A stretch of DNA of 39,793 nucleotides from Octopus sinensis (taxonomy: Eukaryota). Location of the stretch: positions 1 through 39,793 of the forward strand of contig NW_021832827.1 in assembly GCF_006345805.1 (NCBI RefSeq), given 5' to 3'. The position numbers were made by a program, and so were the translations under genes. The notes beneath the pieces were generated by a model, which searched no databases, was not told where the DNA came from, and worked only from the letters and a program-made list of their open reading frames with translations. Shown piece by piece: positions 1 to 12,705 of the stretch (within the stretch, counting starts at the first letter, position 1; the number at the start of each line of letters is the position of its first letter).

Positions 1-756
1 TACACCAAACAGTAACATAGACGTACACACACTCACATACTCATACAGACATACACATACACTCATATACACATACATACACGCACTCATGCATGCATAC
101 ATAGACACATAGACGTACACACATACACTCATACACATGCACTCATACACACATGCACATACGCACATACATATACACTGATATACATACACATGCACAC
201 ATACATACACAAACACATACACATACACATATACACACATACACAAACGCATACACACATACACATATACACATAAACTCATACACATACATTTGCTCAT
301 ACATACATATACACATACGTATACACATACACACAACAACACACACATACACAACACATACACCACATACACATATACACATAAACTCATACACATACAT
401 TTGCTCATACATACATATATACACATACGTATACACATACACACATACACATACACACATACACAAACACATACACACATACACATGTACACATAAACTC
501 ATACACATACATTTGCTCATACATACATATATACACATACGTATACACATACACACATACACATACACACATACACAAACACATACACACATACACATGT
601 ACACATAAACTCATACACATACATTTGCTCATACATACATATATACACATACGTATACACATACACACATACACAAACACATACACACATACACATGTAC
701 ACATAAACTCATACACATACATTTGCTCATATACACATATATACACACACACACAT
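1..756. repeat. CA-rich low-complexity tract containing a ~110-bp minisatellite
   Basis: ACATAAACTCATACACATACATTTGCTCAT recurs at 271, 379, 491, 603 and 701 (spacings 108, 112, 112, 98). Confidence 0.9.
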
Positions 757-855
757 TTATGATTGAATGACTCTCCAAGAGAACGTGTTGTGATGTAAAT
801 TTTTCTCTAAACAGAATTCATGATTCTCCTCCGCATCCGCTTCTAGTGGCGACAC

Positions 856-1113
856 GGTGGTGGCAATGGTGCTTGTGGTGGCGGTAGTGGTGAAGGTGGT
901 GTGGCAGCTGTGGTGATGGTGGCAGTGGTGGTGGTGGTGGTGGTGGCGCGAGTTTTCTTATTGATTGTTATATTCGGTGGTGGTGGTCTTGGCGGCAGCA
1001 TTTATTTGCGTTGTGCTCTTGCGGCGCTGGTGGCGCTGGTGTTAGTGTTGTTGGTGGTGTTAGTGGTGGTGGTGTTAGTGGTGGTGGTGGTGGTGGTGGT
1101 GGTGGTGGTGTGG
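856..1113. repeat. Degenerate (GGT)n trinucleotide repeat
   Basis: Runs of GTGGTGGTG; explains the poly-Val ORF 901..1116. Confidence 0.9.
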
Positions 1114-1234
1114 TAGCATCCGTGCTGTCGGTGGTATGTTGTGAGTAGCTGCTGGTGTTACGGTTGGCGATAAAGATGGTGGCGATGGTAGTATTATTCG
1201 TGATAGCGCGGTGTTCATGGCGGTGTATTGATGT

Positions 1235-1326
1235 GAAGACACGCGGCTAAGTGGTTAGGATATTCAGCTCACGATCATAAAGACGGGAGTTCGATTCCCG
1301 GCAACGTGTTGTGTCCTTCAGCAAGA
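1235..1326 (+). mobile_element. SINE group B tRNA-derived head fragment, interrupted by a group A SINE
   Basis: A box-like CGGCTAAGTGG and B box GTTCGATTCCC; matches the heads of the copies at 10284 and 38475. Confidence 0.8.
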
Positions 1327-1748
1327 GGCGCAGGAGTGGCTGTGTGGTAAGTAGCTTGCTAACCAGCCACAAGGTTCCGGGTTCAGTCCCACTGCGTGGC
1401 ATCTTGGGCAAGTGTCTTCTGCTATAGCCCCGGGCCGACCAATGCCTTGTGAGTGGATTTGGTAGACGGAAACTGAAAGAAGCCTGTCGTATATATGTAT
1501 ATATATATAAGTGTGTGTGTATATGTTTGTGTGTCTGTGTTTGTCCCCCTAGCATTGCTTGACAACCGATGCTGGTCTGTTTAGGTCCTCGTCACTTAGC
1601 GGTTCGGCAAAAGAGACCGATAGAATAAGTACTGGGCTTACAAAGAATAAGTCCCGGGGTCGATTTCCTCGACTAAAGGCGGTGCTCCAGCATGGCCGCA
1701 GTCAAATGACTGAAACAAATAAAAGAGTAAAGAGTAAAGAGTTAGAGT
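1327..1748 (+). mobile_element. SINE group A, full length (~420 bp; octopus OK/OR-like tRNA-derived SINE)
   Basis: A box TGGCTGTGTGG, B box-like GGTTCAGTCCC, CORE-like CTTGGGCAAGTG, internal TA/TG tract, (AAAGAGT)n tail; many paralogues in the window. Confidence 0.9.
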
Positions 1749-2006
1749 ATACAAAAACGTTCACATTATCAATTTCACTTATATAACTTTTGAGAAAATC
1801 ATTTGAACGTTTGACATTTGAAAAATTTATTGTAAAAATGTTTTAGGAACCCTCACTCGCTCACGGCCAACGGGTCCTTGAGTTTAAGCACACCTGGTTG
1901 TGGTGTTTGGATTTAGAGCTAATATTGGTATTAGAGGGAGATTAATTATGCTAATACGATTGACACATACGCATGGGTTCATTTCCACTTCTTTATTAAT
2001 AGTCAA

Positions 2007-2310
2007 CTAGCAGTATCGCCCGGCGTTGCTTGGTTTTGTAAGGGAAATAACTATATAAGCATTTTTAGAGAGTTACGTCCCTTATATAAACCGAGCAAAA
2101 AATACATTAAAAATCCGAAAAAATGATGGTAATTTTTTTTTAAATCGTAGACTCATCGTAGACGCGCGCTAATACCCAGAAGGGCTCAATATGAATCACG
2201 ACTATATTATACCCGCTTTTGGTTAAACTGCACCGCAAAATGTTGGAGTAGTTAAGAATCTAAATCGGAGGAGACAGACTCTCACATAACTTCAGTTTTA
2301 TATATAAAGA
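2007..2310 (-). mobile_element. Non-autonomous Helitron
   Basis: Minus strand reads A|TCTTTATATAT...GCAACGCCGGGCGATACTGCTAG|T: 5' TC, 3' CTAG, AT target, no TSD, GC-rich subterminal segment; second copy at 39047-39436. Confidence 0.85.
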
Positions 2311-2720
2311 TTAGTTAAACATCCAACGAATCGATTGATTAATTTTTGTTTTTGTTTGTCAAGGTGACAGATAACAATGAACAAGCTTTGACAAACGAAA
2401 GCAAAACAAATTAAAAATGGGTTAGTTTGTTGGATATTAAGTGGAATTGAACCAGTGCGTGTGTGTTAATAATATTGGCATAATGACCGTCCCTCTACCA
2501 GCAATATTATTTCTTTATCCCAACACCACAGCCAACAGCTATAACAATAACAACATTACCATCAATATTGACACCACCGCCAACACCACCACCACCACCA
2601 CCGCCACCACCAACGCCAATACTAAGCAACACTATCACTTAGTCACCCATACCACAACTCTAACACTAATACCATAACCGGTACCACTACCAACACCAAT
2701 ATCAACACCACCATTGCGCG

Positions 2721-3045
2721 TGGCACTCCGTGGTTTACGACGACGAGCGTTCCAGTTGATCCGATCAACGGAACAGCCTGCCCGTGAAATTTATTTACAA
2801 GTGGCTGAGTACTCCACAGACAAACGTACCCTGAACGTAATTCGAGGGGAAATCCAGCGTCACCCAGAATCGGACAAGGCTGGCCCTTTGAAAAACAGGT
2901 GCAACTCATTTTTGCCAGGGGGGGGGGTGACTGAAGCAACGTGAAATAAAGTGTCCTGCTCAAGGACACAACGTGTTGCTTGGAATTGAACTCACAATCT
3001 CATGATCGCGAGCTGAATAACCTAAGCACTAAGCTAAGTACCTTC
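2721..3045 (-). mobile_element. SINE group B, long-tail type
   Basis: Colinear with 38147-38475 over its length; tRNA-like head at the right end; a tail piece is repeated at ~3065-3118. Confidence 0.88.
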
Positions 3046-3548
3046 TCAGATAACTGGTTCATCCGCTCATGAAATTAACGTGCAACTGGCTGAGCACTGC
3101 ACAGACACGTGTACCTTTATCTTGGCATAATGACTCTCCGATTACGCAACAAAATTTGTTTCAACACACGAATGCACATAAAGAATCTTGGAAACCAGAT
3201 ACAAAAGCGAAATTTGTGGTAGAGTTAGAATTGGTAATAGTGTTCATAATGGCGATAAATCTTGGTGGTGATAGTTATATTGGTAGTGGCTGTGTTAGTG
3301 ATAGCGTCGGTGGTAGTGTTGGTGGTGGTGGCGTTAGATTTATATTGCTGCGGTTTGGTTTTGTTTGTGTTGGAAGCAGTAGAGCTGTTGATGGTCGGGA
3401 TGTTGCAGTCATTATTGTTGGAGTTGTTTATTGCATAGGTGGAAGTAGTGATGGTGGTAACAGTAGAGCTCGTGTTGTGGAAGTAGTCTTGTGTTTTCCT
3501 GTATTAATCATAATATTGGCGGCAGCCTTTCTTTTGCCGTTCATAGTG

Positions 3549-3579
<31 letters not shown>

Positions 3580-3811
3580 ATTATCCATACACACATACAA
3601 GTAAAGACAGAGATGCAAAACAAGGTGGAAAAAATAGTACTGAAATACCAAAGGTAGAGTAGTGTACTATTGTGTTAAAGCTGAAAAAATCTTCAGCGAA
3701 GATTTTTTCATCTTTAATAAAATAGTATATTTATATATATACGCACACACATACATACACACATACACACATGCACACGCACACTTGCACACATCCACGC
3801 ATGCATATATG

Positions 3812-3844
<33 letters not shown>

Positions 3845-3874
3845 GCATAATGTTCTTTAATTTGTTTTTTAAGC

Positions 3875-4545
3875 TCTTTTGAAATATTTTTTAGTGCATG
3901 AATGCTAACCAACCACGTCACGATCAAGAACTTGTCAACAAACGTTAATAAAAGAAAATCTAAAATTTCATCTGGTGACGAAACTTTTGACTGTGCTGTT
4001 ATATTTTACACCGAGGCCCTGAAAAGAAGCAGCTTTCGAGATACAATAAAATACATCCATCACCAAAGAATCCTTAATACTAAGAAAAAATATGTGGTAT
4101 AACCCCACTTCCAGTTTAAACGTTAAACCAAATATTGCCAGATACTTTTCAAACTGCGTTTTCCTAACGACCGTAAATTTCACAGAATGTTTAATGGATA
4201 TTACCTTAAAGTTAGTTATAATTACACAGACAACTTCACGTCTTCCCTAGCTAAAATGAACAGAAAAAAGCTAGACCCCACTCAACAAATGATAGGTCAC
4301 CTCAATACAAATGCATCAACGAAAGTACATTCCCGCTAAACAGAGAATGCTTTCAAAGAAATATCGTTTAGTGTGTCAAAGTCTCAATCAGCTGTAACTG
4401 TGACGAGACAAAGTGCCACGTAGTCCTTACTGAGAACTCGTTTAAATCCAGATATACTCACACGCATGCACTGTCAGACACAAGAACAAAGAATTTGCAA
4501 CGATTTATTCGAAATACATTCCGTACTTCAAGAAGTACAAAAGAA
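3875..4545 (+). mobile_element. Decayed Penelope-like element, RT thumb/linker to GIY-YIG start (Naiad-like)
   Basis: NVNKRKSKISSGDETFDCAVIFYTEALKRSSF, a decayed WxNPxF-NVKxNI block, FPLNRECFQRNIV and VLTENSFKSRY resemble PLE motifs; stops and frameshifts present. Confidence 0.75.
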
Positions 4546-4681
4546 GGTTGTATATATATATATAATAGAAAAGAGTGAAAAAGCTACAGAAGGCTTGTTT
4601 TATGAGGTTAAATAATATATTTAAGTCGTTATGTTTGAAAAATGTTATAAAATTTTGCAAATAGTAACATAGTTTTTTGAG

Positions 4682-4714
4682 AAATTACCGGTTTCGTTTT
4701 AACTTTTCAAATTT
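4682..4714 (-). ncRNA. Degenerate minimal hammerhead-like motif
   Basis: Minus strand AAAT-TTGAAAA-GTT AA AAC-GAAA-CCGG-TA-ATTT; stem I and palindromic helix III present, two mismatches to CTGANGA. Confidence 0.4.
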
Positions 4715-4863
4715 TCCCAAATGTTTTCGTTATGAAGTGCAAAGAAGAGTTCCACCTATATATATATATATATATAATTATATATATATATTATATATTA
4801 GGGAGTAATATTTACAGGGAAAAATCAATTTAGTATTAAATCAAATTCACAATATAGATATAT

Positions 4864-5131
4864 AAATATAAATTAGAGATAAAACCACTATTATGCAATT
4901 CAAAACAATGATAGACATAAACCAATCAATAAAATAACAAATAAAGTATATTTTTATAAAACATATAACTAGCTCACAAAAAGTATAAGAATGAATAAAT
5001 TGATTATTCATTTTATACCTTTTGTGATCTAGTTATATGCTTTAAAAAATATATTTTATTTTTATTTGTTTTGGTTTGTGTCTAGCATTGTTTGAATTGC
5101 ATAATAGTGGTTTTATCTCTAATTTATATTT
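4864..5131. repeat. Long imperfect palindrome, ~130-bp arms, 5-nt loop at 4999-5003
   Basis: AAATTAGAGATAAAACCACTATTATGCAATTCAAA pairs with TTTGAATTGCATAATAGTGGTTTTATCTCTAATTT, and pairing continues to the centre. Confidence 0.92.
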
Positions 5132-5142
5132 CATATATATAT

Positions 5143-5484
5143 AATATGTGACAATTATTCGGTAGTAATGATAAAACTCCAAGTTTCGGATGTCGGGGCG
5201 GAAACTCACGCCGGCATCTCTTCAGTTATCTGGCCATCGAAAAGAATGCTATGAAAATGACCGTTAAAACAAAGAGAAATTACTGTGTGATTGACCGTTA
5301 TTAAGACAAAAAAGCCATTTGAAGTAAGATGCCAGCGTAGTTTTCCGCCTCGACATCCGAAGCTCGAGGTTTGATCATGGCTACCGAATAATTGTCACAT
5401 ATTATATTTACAGATAAACTCCTCTATTTACATAATATCGAGGTCTCCCTTTTTTTCATTTGTTATCTTACCGTTTTTACCAAT
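5143..5484. mobile_element. Fold-back hammerhead-bearing element (PLE pseudo-LTR/retrozyme-like)
   Basis: Inverted arms ~5143-5219 and ~5327-5403; same family as 6808-7010; flanked by (TA)n. Confidence 0.75.
5170..5230 (-). ncRNA. Type I hammerhead ribozyme motif
   Basis: Minus strand GATAA-CTGAAGA-(GATGCCGGCG...CGCCCCGACATC)C-GAAA-CT TGG AG-TT^TTATC; intact core, stem I GATAA/TTATC. Confidence 0.75.
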
Positions 5485-5690
5485 ATATATATATTGTGAT
5501 TTTAATTATAAATTAATATGTTCTCAAACCGGCAGTAAATTACTGGGGTAGTATTTACATCCGGAGATTTAACGCGCCAGAATGAGCGCATTTGAACGTA
5601 ACTGCGTATATAATCGGCTGTACCGTTCGTCTTTGTTCGGCTTCGTGTGGATTTTGCCGTTCGGTTCAGCAAATTATATTTCTGATATAC

Positions 5691-5760
5691 TCTACTGACG
5701 ATTCGAAAATACTTATGTACGTAAAACTACATAATCTATTAACGATGAAACAATTGTATA
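5691..5760 (+). ncRNA. Type I hammerhead ribozyme motif, 3' side of stem I replaced by (TA)n
   Basis: CTGACGA (5695), long stem II with TTATGTA/TACATAA, GAAA (5747), palindromic CAATTG, then TA; same architecture as 33974-34047. Confidence 0.65.
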
Positions 5761-5778
5761 TATATATACACACATATA

Positions 5779-5810
<32 letters not shown>

Positions 5811-5898
5811 AATTGCGTGTATACATACATACATACTTATATACATGCATACATATATACATATATGTCTGTATATTACACGCCCACACACATATATA

Positions 5899-6098
5899 CC
5901 GGAGTAAGCACATAAATGTGTAACAAGGTGGATAAGAGTACTCAAATACCATAGGTAGAGTATTAGGCTTTATTTATAAGTAGCAGAAATATAACAAAAG
6001 CTGTTAATCAGAGTTTCGCGTTCCAGTTCGTCGGACAGTTTTGTTAACGAACGTGAGTAACTGCTTTTTGTTATTATTGCTGCTGCTTTCAAATAAAG
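5899..6098 (-). mobile_element. Fold-back element with a degenerate hammerhead motif (~6001-6038)
   Basis: Minus strand CTGT-CCGACGA-ACTGGAACGC-GAAA-CTCTGAT-TA-ACAG; inverted arm at 6054-6098; related fragment with a hairpin at ~3620-3730. Confidence 0.55.
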
Positions 6099-6159
<61 letters not shown>

Positions 6160-6163
6160 ATAT

Positions 6164-6195
<32 letters not shown>

Positions 6196-6198
6196 TAT

Positions 6199-6240
<42 letters not shown>

Positions 6241-6336
6241 TTAATCCAAACATGAAAACACAAAGAGAAAACACAACAACGCGGGGACGTGGAACAATTA
6301 TAGTGTTATTGGACGCTCAGGAAAGGAAAGAAAGAC

Positions 6337-6372
6337 GATTTAACGTTTCGAGCGGAGCTCTTCGTCAGAATC
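6337..6372 (-). ncRNA. Minimal type I hammerhead ribozyme in a ~200-bp element (6243-6446)
   Basis: Minus strand GATT-CTGACGA-A-GAGC TCC GCTC-GAAA-CGTT-A-AATC; intact core, palindromic ACGT helix III as in PLE minimal hammerheads. Confidence 0.8.
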
Positions 6373-6807
6373 ACAGGAAAAGGAAAGATCCAAGGAAGAG
6401 AAGACGGAGGAAAAAAATCGCCAACGGTACGCACGCGGTCACATTTTATATATATATTTTAGAGAAAAACCTCTATTAATCAATCACTATCGAATTAAAT
6501 AATAGAGGACAACTCGAATCTTACTAAATTTCTATACCTGGATCCTTGGATTTTACATTTACATATCATTATATACATACATATATATATATATATACAA
6601 GAGTAGAAAAGACTATATATATATATATATATATAATATATATATCGTTTTTGGATTTGGTTTGCAAGATTCTTTATATGAGTTCGTGTGTTGAAGCATA
6701 TTCTGTTGTGTCTGGTGAGAGTCATTACGCATATATATATATGTGTATGTTTGTGTGTGTGTGTGTAAGAGAGAAGAGAGAGTGTGTGTGTGTGTGTGTG
6801 TGTGTGT

Positions 6808-7010
6808 ATTGATAGAAATGGTAAGACAACAAAAGAATGAAAGAGACCTCGATATTATATAAATAGAGGAATTTATCTGTAAATGTAATATGTGACATCG
6901 GATGACCGGATAACTGAAGAGGTGGCGGCGTGGATTTCCACCCCGACATCCGAAACTTGGAGCTTTTATCATGGCTACCGAATAATTGTCACATATTACA
7001 TTTACAGATA
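6808..7010 (+). mobile_element. Hammerhead-bearing element with inverted 5' segment; ribozyme motif at 6909-6970
   Basis: GATAA-CTGAAGA-stem II-GAAACTTGGAGCTT-TTATC; perfect 24-bp inverted repeat TATCTGTAAATGTAATATGTGACA / TGTCACATATTACATTTACAGATA; 6808-6898 is the reverse complement of ~5394-5484. Confidence 0.75.
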
Positions 7011-7182
7011 TATATGTATATATATGTATGTATTTGTGTGTGTGTGTGTATGCTTGTGTATATATTTGCATATAAAACTGGATAGATAGATAAACATGCA
7101 TACATACTTACTTACTTACATGCATATGTGCCAAGATTCAATATTTACAAACATTTAACGTTAACTGTCCGTTCTCTGAAAA

Positions 7183-7266
7183 ACTTTACTCGGAAGTTTT
7201 CAATAACAATTTCTGTCCGAATTACTTTACTCGGAAGTTTTCAATAACAATTTCTGTCCGAATTAC
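7183..7266. repeat. Exact 41-bp tandem duplication
   Basis: ACTTTACTCGGAAGTTTTCAATAACAATTTCTGTCCGAATT occurs twice, head to tail. Confidence 0.95.
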
Positions 7267-7694
7267 ACATAAATGCAAATGCGTGTATATAGAAAACATA
7301 TCTATATTTATATTGATCTATATATGTCTGTACACTAACTCTTTTCTTTTTTCTTTCTTTTTTTTCATTTTGGAGGAAGGAAGAAAGAGTAATTTTCGCA
7401 ACAGCAAAAGAATATTTAACAAAGAGAAGATGGAAAGAAATGCGTGTCCTGTTCACTAGGCGGTCGTTGCACGAGAATAGCTCGTGTCCGAAATATAGTT
7501 AATGAATAAATTCAACTTTACAACTTCGGCTTCCAAATATTTTTATGTTTGTTTCAGTCTTATTTTACCTTTTTTATTTTTTTTTTAATATTCTTATGTA
7601 TTTTATTTTTCTTCAAAAATCTCACGTGATCAAAATTTACATAGCGATAATGAATAAACTTTCATGTTTCAAACTTGACGAATATAATCAAGAA

Positions 7695-9585
<1,891 letters not shown>

Positions 9586-10283
9586 TGAACACACAGACAG
9601 AGATACACAAACATGTACTTATGCAAATATTTATATTCTTATCATGGGATATGATGATTTAGTAAAACATTTTACCGCAGCCTACTTCACATGTTCCACT
9701 CTTCCGCGCCATCCCTCACTCTCTCCTCTCTCTCTCTCTCCCCCTACCACCATCCCACTCTCCACCCACCCCTCGTCTCTCAACCCTTTCTCCACCCATA
9801 ACCCGCACCCCACCCCGCCCCGCCTATTCAAGGTGTTTCTGCGTGGTTGGTAGAAACGAGATTAACCACTCATAATTTATTAAGCACAACAACAGTGTTA
9901 TCGCAACACAATTGGATTTCAGCTGAACAACAAACCTCTGATAAACAGCATTTATTTATTATATATTTATCATCATTATCATTTCTCATATTATTATCAT
10001 TATTTGTATTAGTACTATTATTGTTATTAGAATAAAGCGTGCTATATTGATATAATCGTTTGCGTATCGGATAAATTATTCTTCACCGATCTTTACTTTT
10101 CGAGTTCAAATTCCGCTGATATCAACTTTGCTTTCTTCTTTTCAGAGTCAACAGAATATTTAGTCACCATGTCGAAAATAAAAATAATAAGAATAATCGC
10201 ATTATAAATAACGATATAATTTTAAGTAAATCCTATAACGAGCGAAATAAGAGAACCTTTAACGTAACGTATAACAGACATAA

Positions 10284-10539
10284 GGAGGCGCGTGGCTTAG
10301 TGGTTAGGGTGTCAGCACCATGATCGTATGGTTGTGGTTTCGATTCCTGGACCAGGCGACGCGTTGTGTTCTTCAGCAAAACACTAGATTTCACGTTGCT
10401 CCAGTCCACTCAGCTGGCAAAAATGAGTAACGCTGCGATGGACTGGCGTCCCGTCCAGCTGGGGTTCGCATACGCCATAGAAACCGGGAAACCGGGCCCA
10501 TGAGCCTGGCTAGGCTTTAAAAGGAAGCATTTATTATTT
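10284..10539 (+). mobile_element. SINE group B, short-tail type (tRNA head, CORE-like body, V-domain-like tail) with 14-bp TSD
   Basis: A box TGGCTTAGTGG, B box-like GTTTCGATTCC; TSD TATAA(C/T)AGACATAA at 10270-10283 and 10540-10553. Confidence 0.9.
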
Positions 10540-11000
10540 TATAATAGACATAAAACTTGTGCTGTAAACAAAAACAGTAACCCCCCCACACACACACACC
10601 ACCACCAAAAAGAAAAGCTAAATCTAGATAGTTCTGAAGACTGTATTATGGTATAACTGTAGGTTGATACAATCGTTTGTGTATCGGATAAATCATTCCT
10701 CACCGCTCTTTACTTTGTAAGTTTAAATTCCGCTGATATCAACTTTGGTATAATGCAGACTTCAGACCACAGATAGTAACAAACATACCTGCAAAATAGG
10801 AACTTGCCACCATCTATCAAGTACAACTAGATATTCAATCGGTATACGATTAGGTTTGCCTTTTCGACAACTCGGAACCCAGCCCAAATGAGTGCAGAAC
10901 ACAATTTTAGGAGGATTAGAGAATTTACTTATAGAAACTTAGTAAGCACAAGTAATTAAATTCATATAGTTTTTAAATTTTGGCCCAAAGCCACAAATTT

Positions 11001-12332
11001 ATATCCGGCCGACAAAGGTGGAGCTGTTGTAGTACAGCGTGCACATTTCTATAAGAGGGAAGCGCTTCGCCAATTCAAGGCACCTTCTACCGCCCTCTGC
11101 CCTCCAACCCCACGTCAAACTACCAACAGATTGTATCTTCCCCTATTCACGACCTCACTTCCTCTTCCTGTCTTCCTCCCACCACCTCTAAACTCATTGT
11201 CCGTACCCCATGCATCCTACTATTTACTTCCTTTCCGGGACCCATAAGCTCAACAATACTGGCCGCCCCATCGTTTCCACCCGCAACTGTTCCACCGAAT
11301 TGGCTCCAAGTACCACTTTAACTGCATCTTCACCCGTCTAATGGTTTCCCCCTCCTCAAACCTATTTCTATTTCTTTACTACCACAAGGGGATAAACACA
11401 GAGAGGACAAACAAACGGATTAATTCGATTATATCGACCCCAGTGCGTAACTGGTACTTATTTAATCGACCCCGAAAGGATGAAAGGCAAGGTCAACCTC
11501 GGCGGAATTTGAACTCAGAACGTAGCGGCAGACGAAATACCGCTAAGCATTTCACCCAGTGTGCCAACGTTTCTGCCAGCTCCCCTCCTTATACCATTCC
11601 CAACATCAACCACCACGCTCTCCATTTATTCAATTCATTCTCCTTCTTTCCTTTTCCCTCTCAACTTCTGATAACCCTCGATATCAAATCTTTATACACA
11701 GTGATCCCGCATAATGACTGTCGTTTTGCTCTCAAACACTTTCTAGACCTTCGTCCAGACCCTCGACCCGTCACCTCCACTCTTCTTCGTTTTGCTGAAC
11801 TCGTCCTCTACCTTAACTGCTTCTCGTTCAATGGGGATTTTTACCATCAAGTCTCGGGAGTGGACATGAGAACGAAAATGGGCCACAATTATGCGAACCT
11901 GTTCTTCGGCTATGTCGAGGACCAAGTACTCTCACAATTCACTGGTTCTACTCCTGAGCTATGTGGTCGTTACATCAATGACTGTATCGGCGCGAGCTCA
12001 CTCTCTCGTGAACACCTTGACTCCTTCCTCTCCTTCGTCCAGTCCTTTTGTCCTGCCCTCGAATTCTCTTGCACAGTCTCTATTCTGTTACTATACACTA
12101 CCTCACTCTTACCATCTTTATCAACTACAAACACACAGACTCACACTTCTATCTCAACTTCTCTTTCCACCCTACAACGCCAAATTCTCCATCCCTACTT
12201 TCAGTTCCTCCGTCCACGTCGGCTCTGTAGTGATGATCATGACTTTGAGTCCCAATTTCAACACATGGCTCGCCACTTCACCCAACGTGGATATCTTCTC
12301 CCCATTATCCAAACTGCACTGACCCATGCTCG
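11001..12332 (+). mobile_element. Penelope-like element reverse transcriptase pseudogene (Neptune-like)
   Basis: PADKGGAVVV, LDIKSLYTVIPH, FSFNGDFYHQVSGVDMRTKMGHNYANLF, RYINDCIG (decayed YIDD), YKHTDSHFYL, QFLRPRRLCSDD; frameshifts; split by a SINE. Confidence 0.92.
11361..11589 (-). mobile_element. SINE group C inserted into the PLE RT
   Basis: Reverse complement of 13564-13780; RT peptide resumes after it (IPNINHHALHLF). Confidence 0.9.
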
Positions 12333-12333
12333 A

Positions 12334-12705
12334 TCCGGACCGAAAGTGGCGGGCCAGGAACTCCTCGTCGACGCCCAAGAACGTCGTGGCAACACCTCCT
12401 CCTCCACTAATCCTCTATAGAACGCCTTCGAGGAATTGAAGTTGCACAAGTTTGATCCCGGACGACAAAGTTGCTCGAGAGCAAGTCGGCACTGATGGCC
12501 ATTCGCCCAAGTCTCGGTCTGTTTGATCCACGATTGCAGTTCGGTCAAGGAGACGAGTTGCGGAAAAGTGCGTCTCACAAACGGCGACCACACCTGTTCA
12601 CCGTCAGCTATGAAACGCTGGAGATGCAGCAGTCTCAGCGCAAGTCTGCGCATCATTAACCACGGTATGCCCAGCCCTCCATTTAGCGGATGTTGGCTGG
12701 AACCT
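12334..12705 (-). mobile_element. Tx1/L1-type LINE ORF2 internal fragment
   Basis: QHPLNGGLGIPWLMMRRLALRL (PxxxGGLGxP motif); homologous to 21050-21430; 22-bp deletion near 12350. Confidence 0.85.

Noticed and set aside
241-756. CRISPR-like regularly spaced repeat
   Set aside because: Spacers are themselves repeated low-complexity CA sequence, no cas genes, eukaryotic context.
3069-3662. 197-aa ORF
   Set aside because: Spans a SINE fragment, another repeat fragment, degenerate GGT repeats and (CA)n; no domain.
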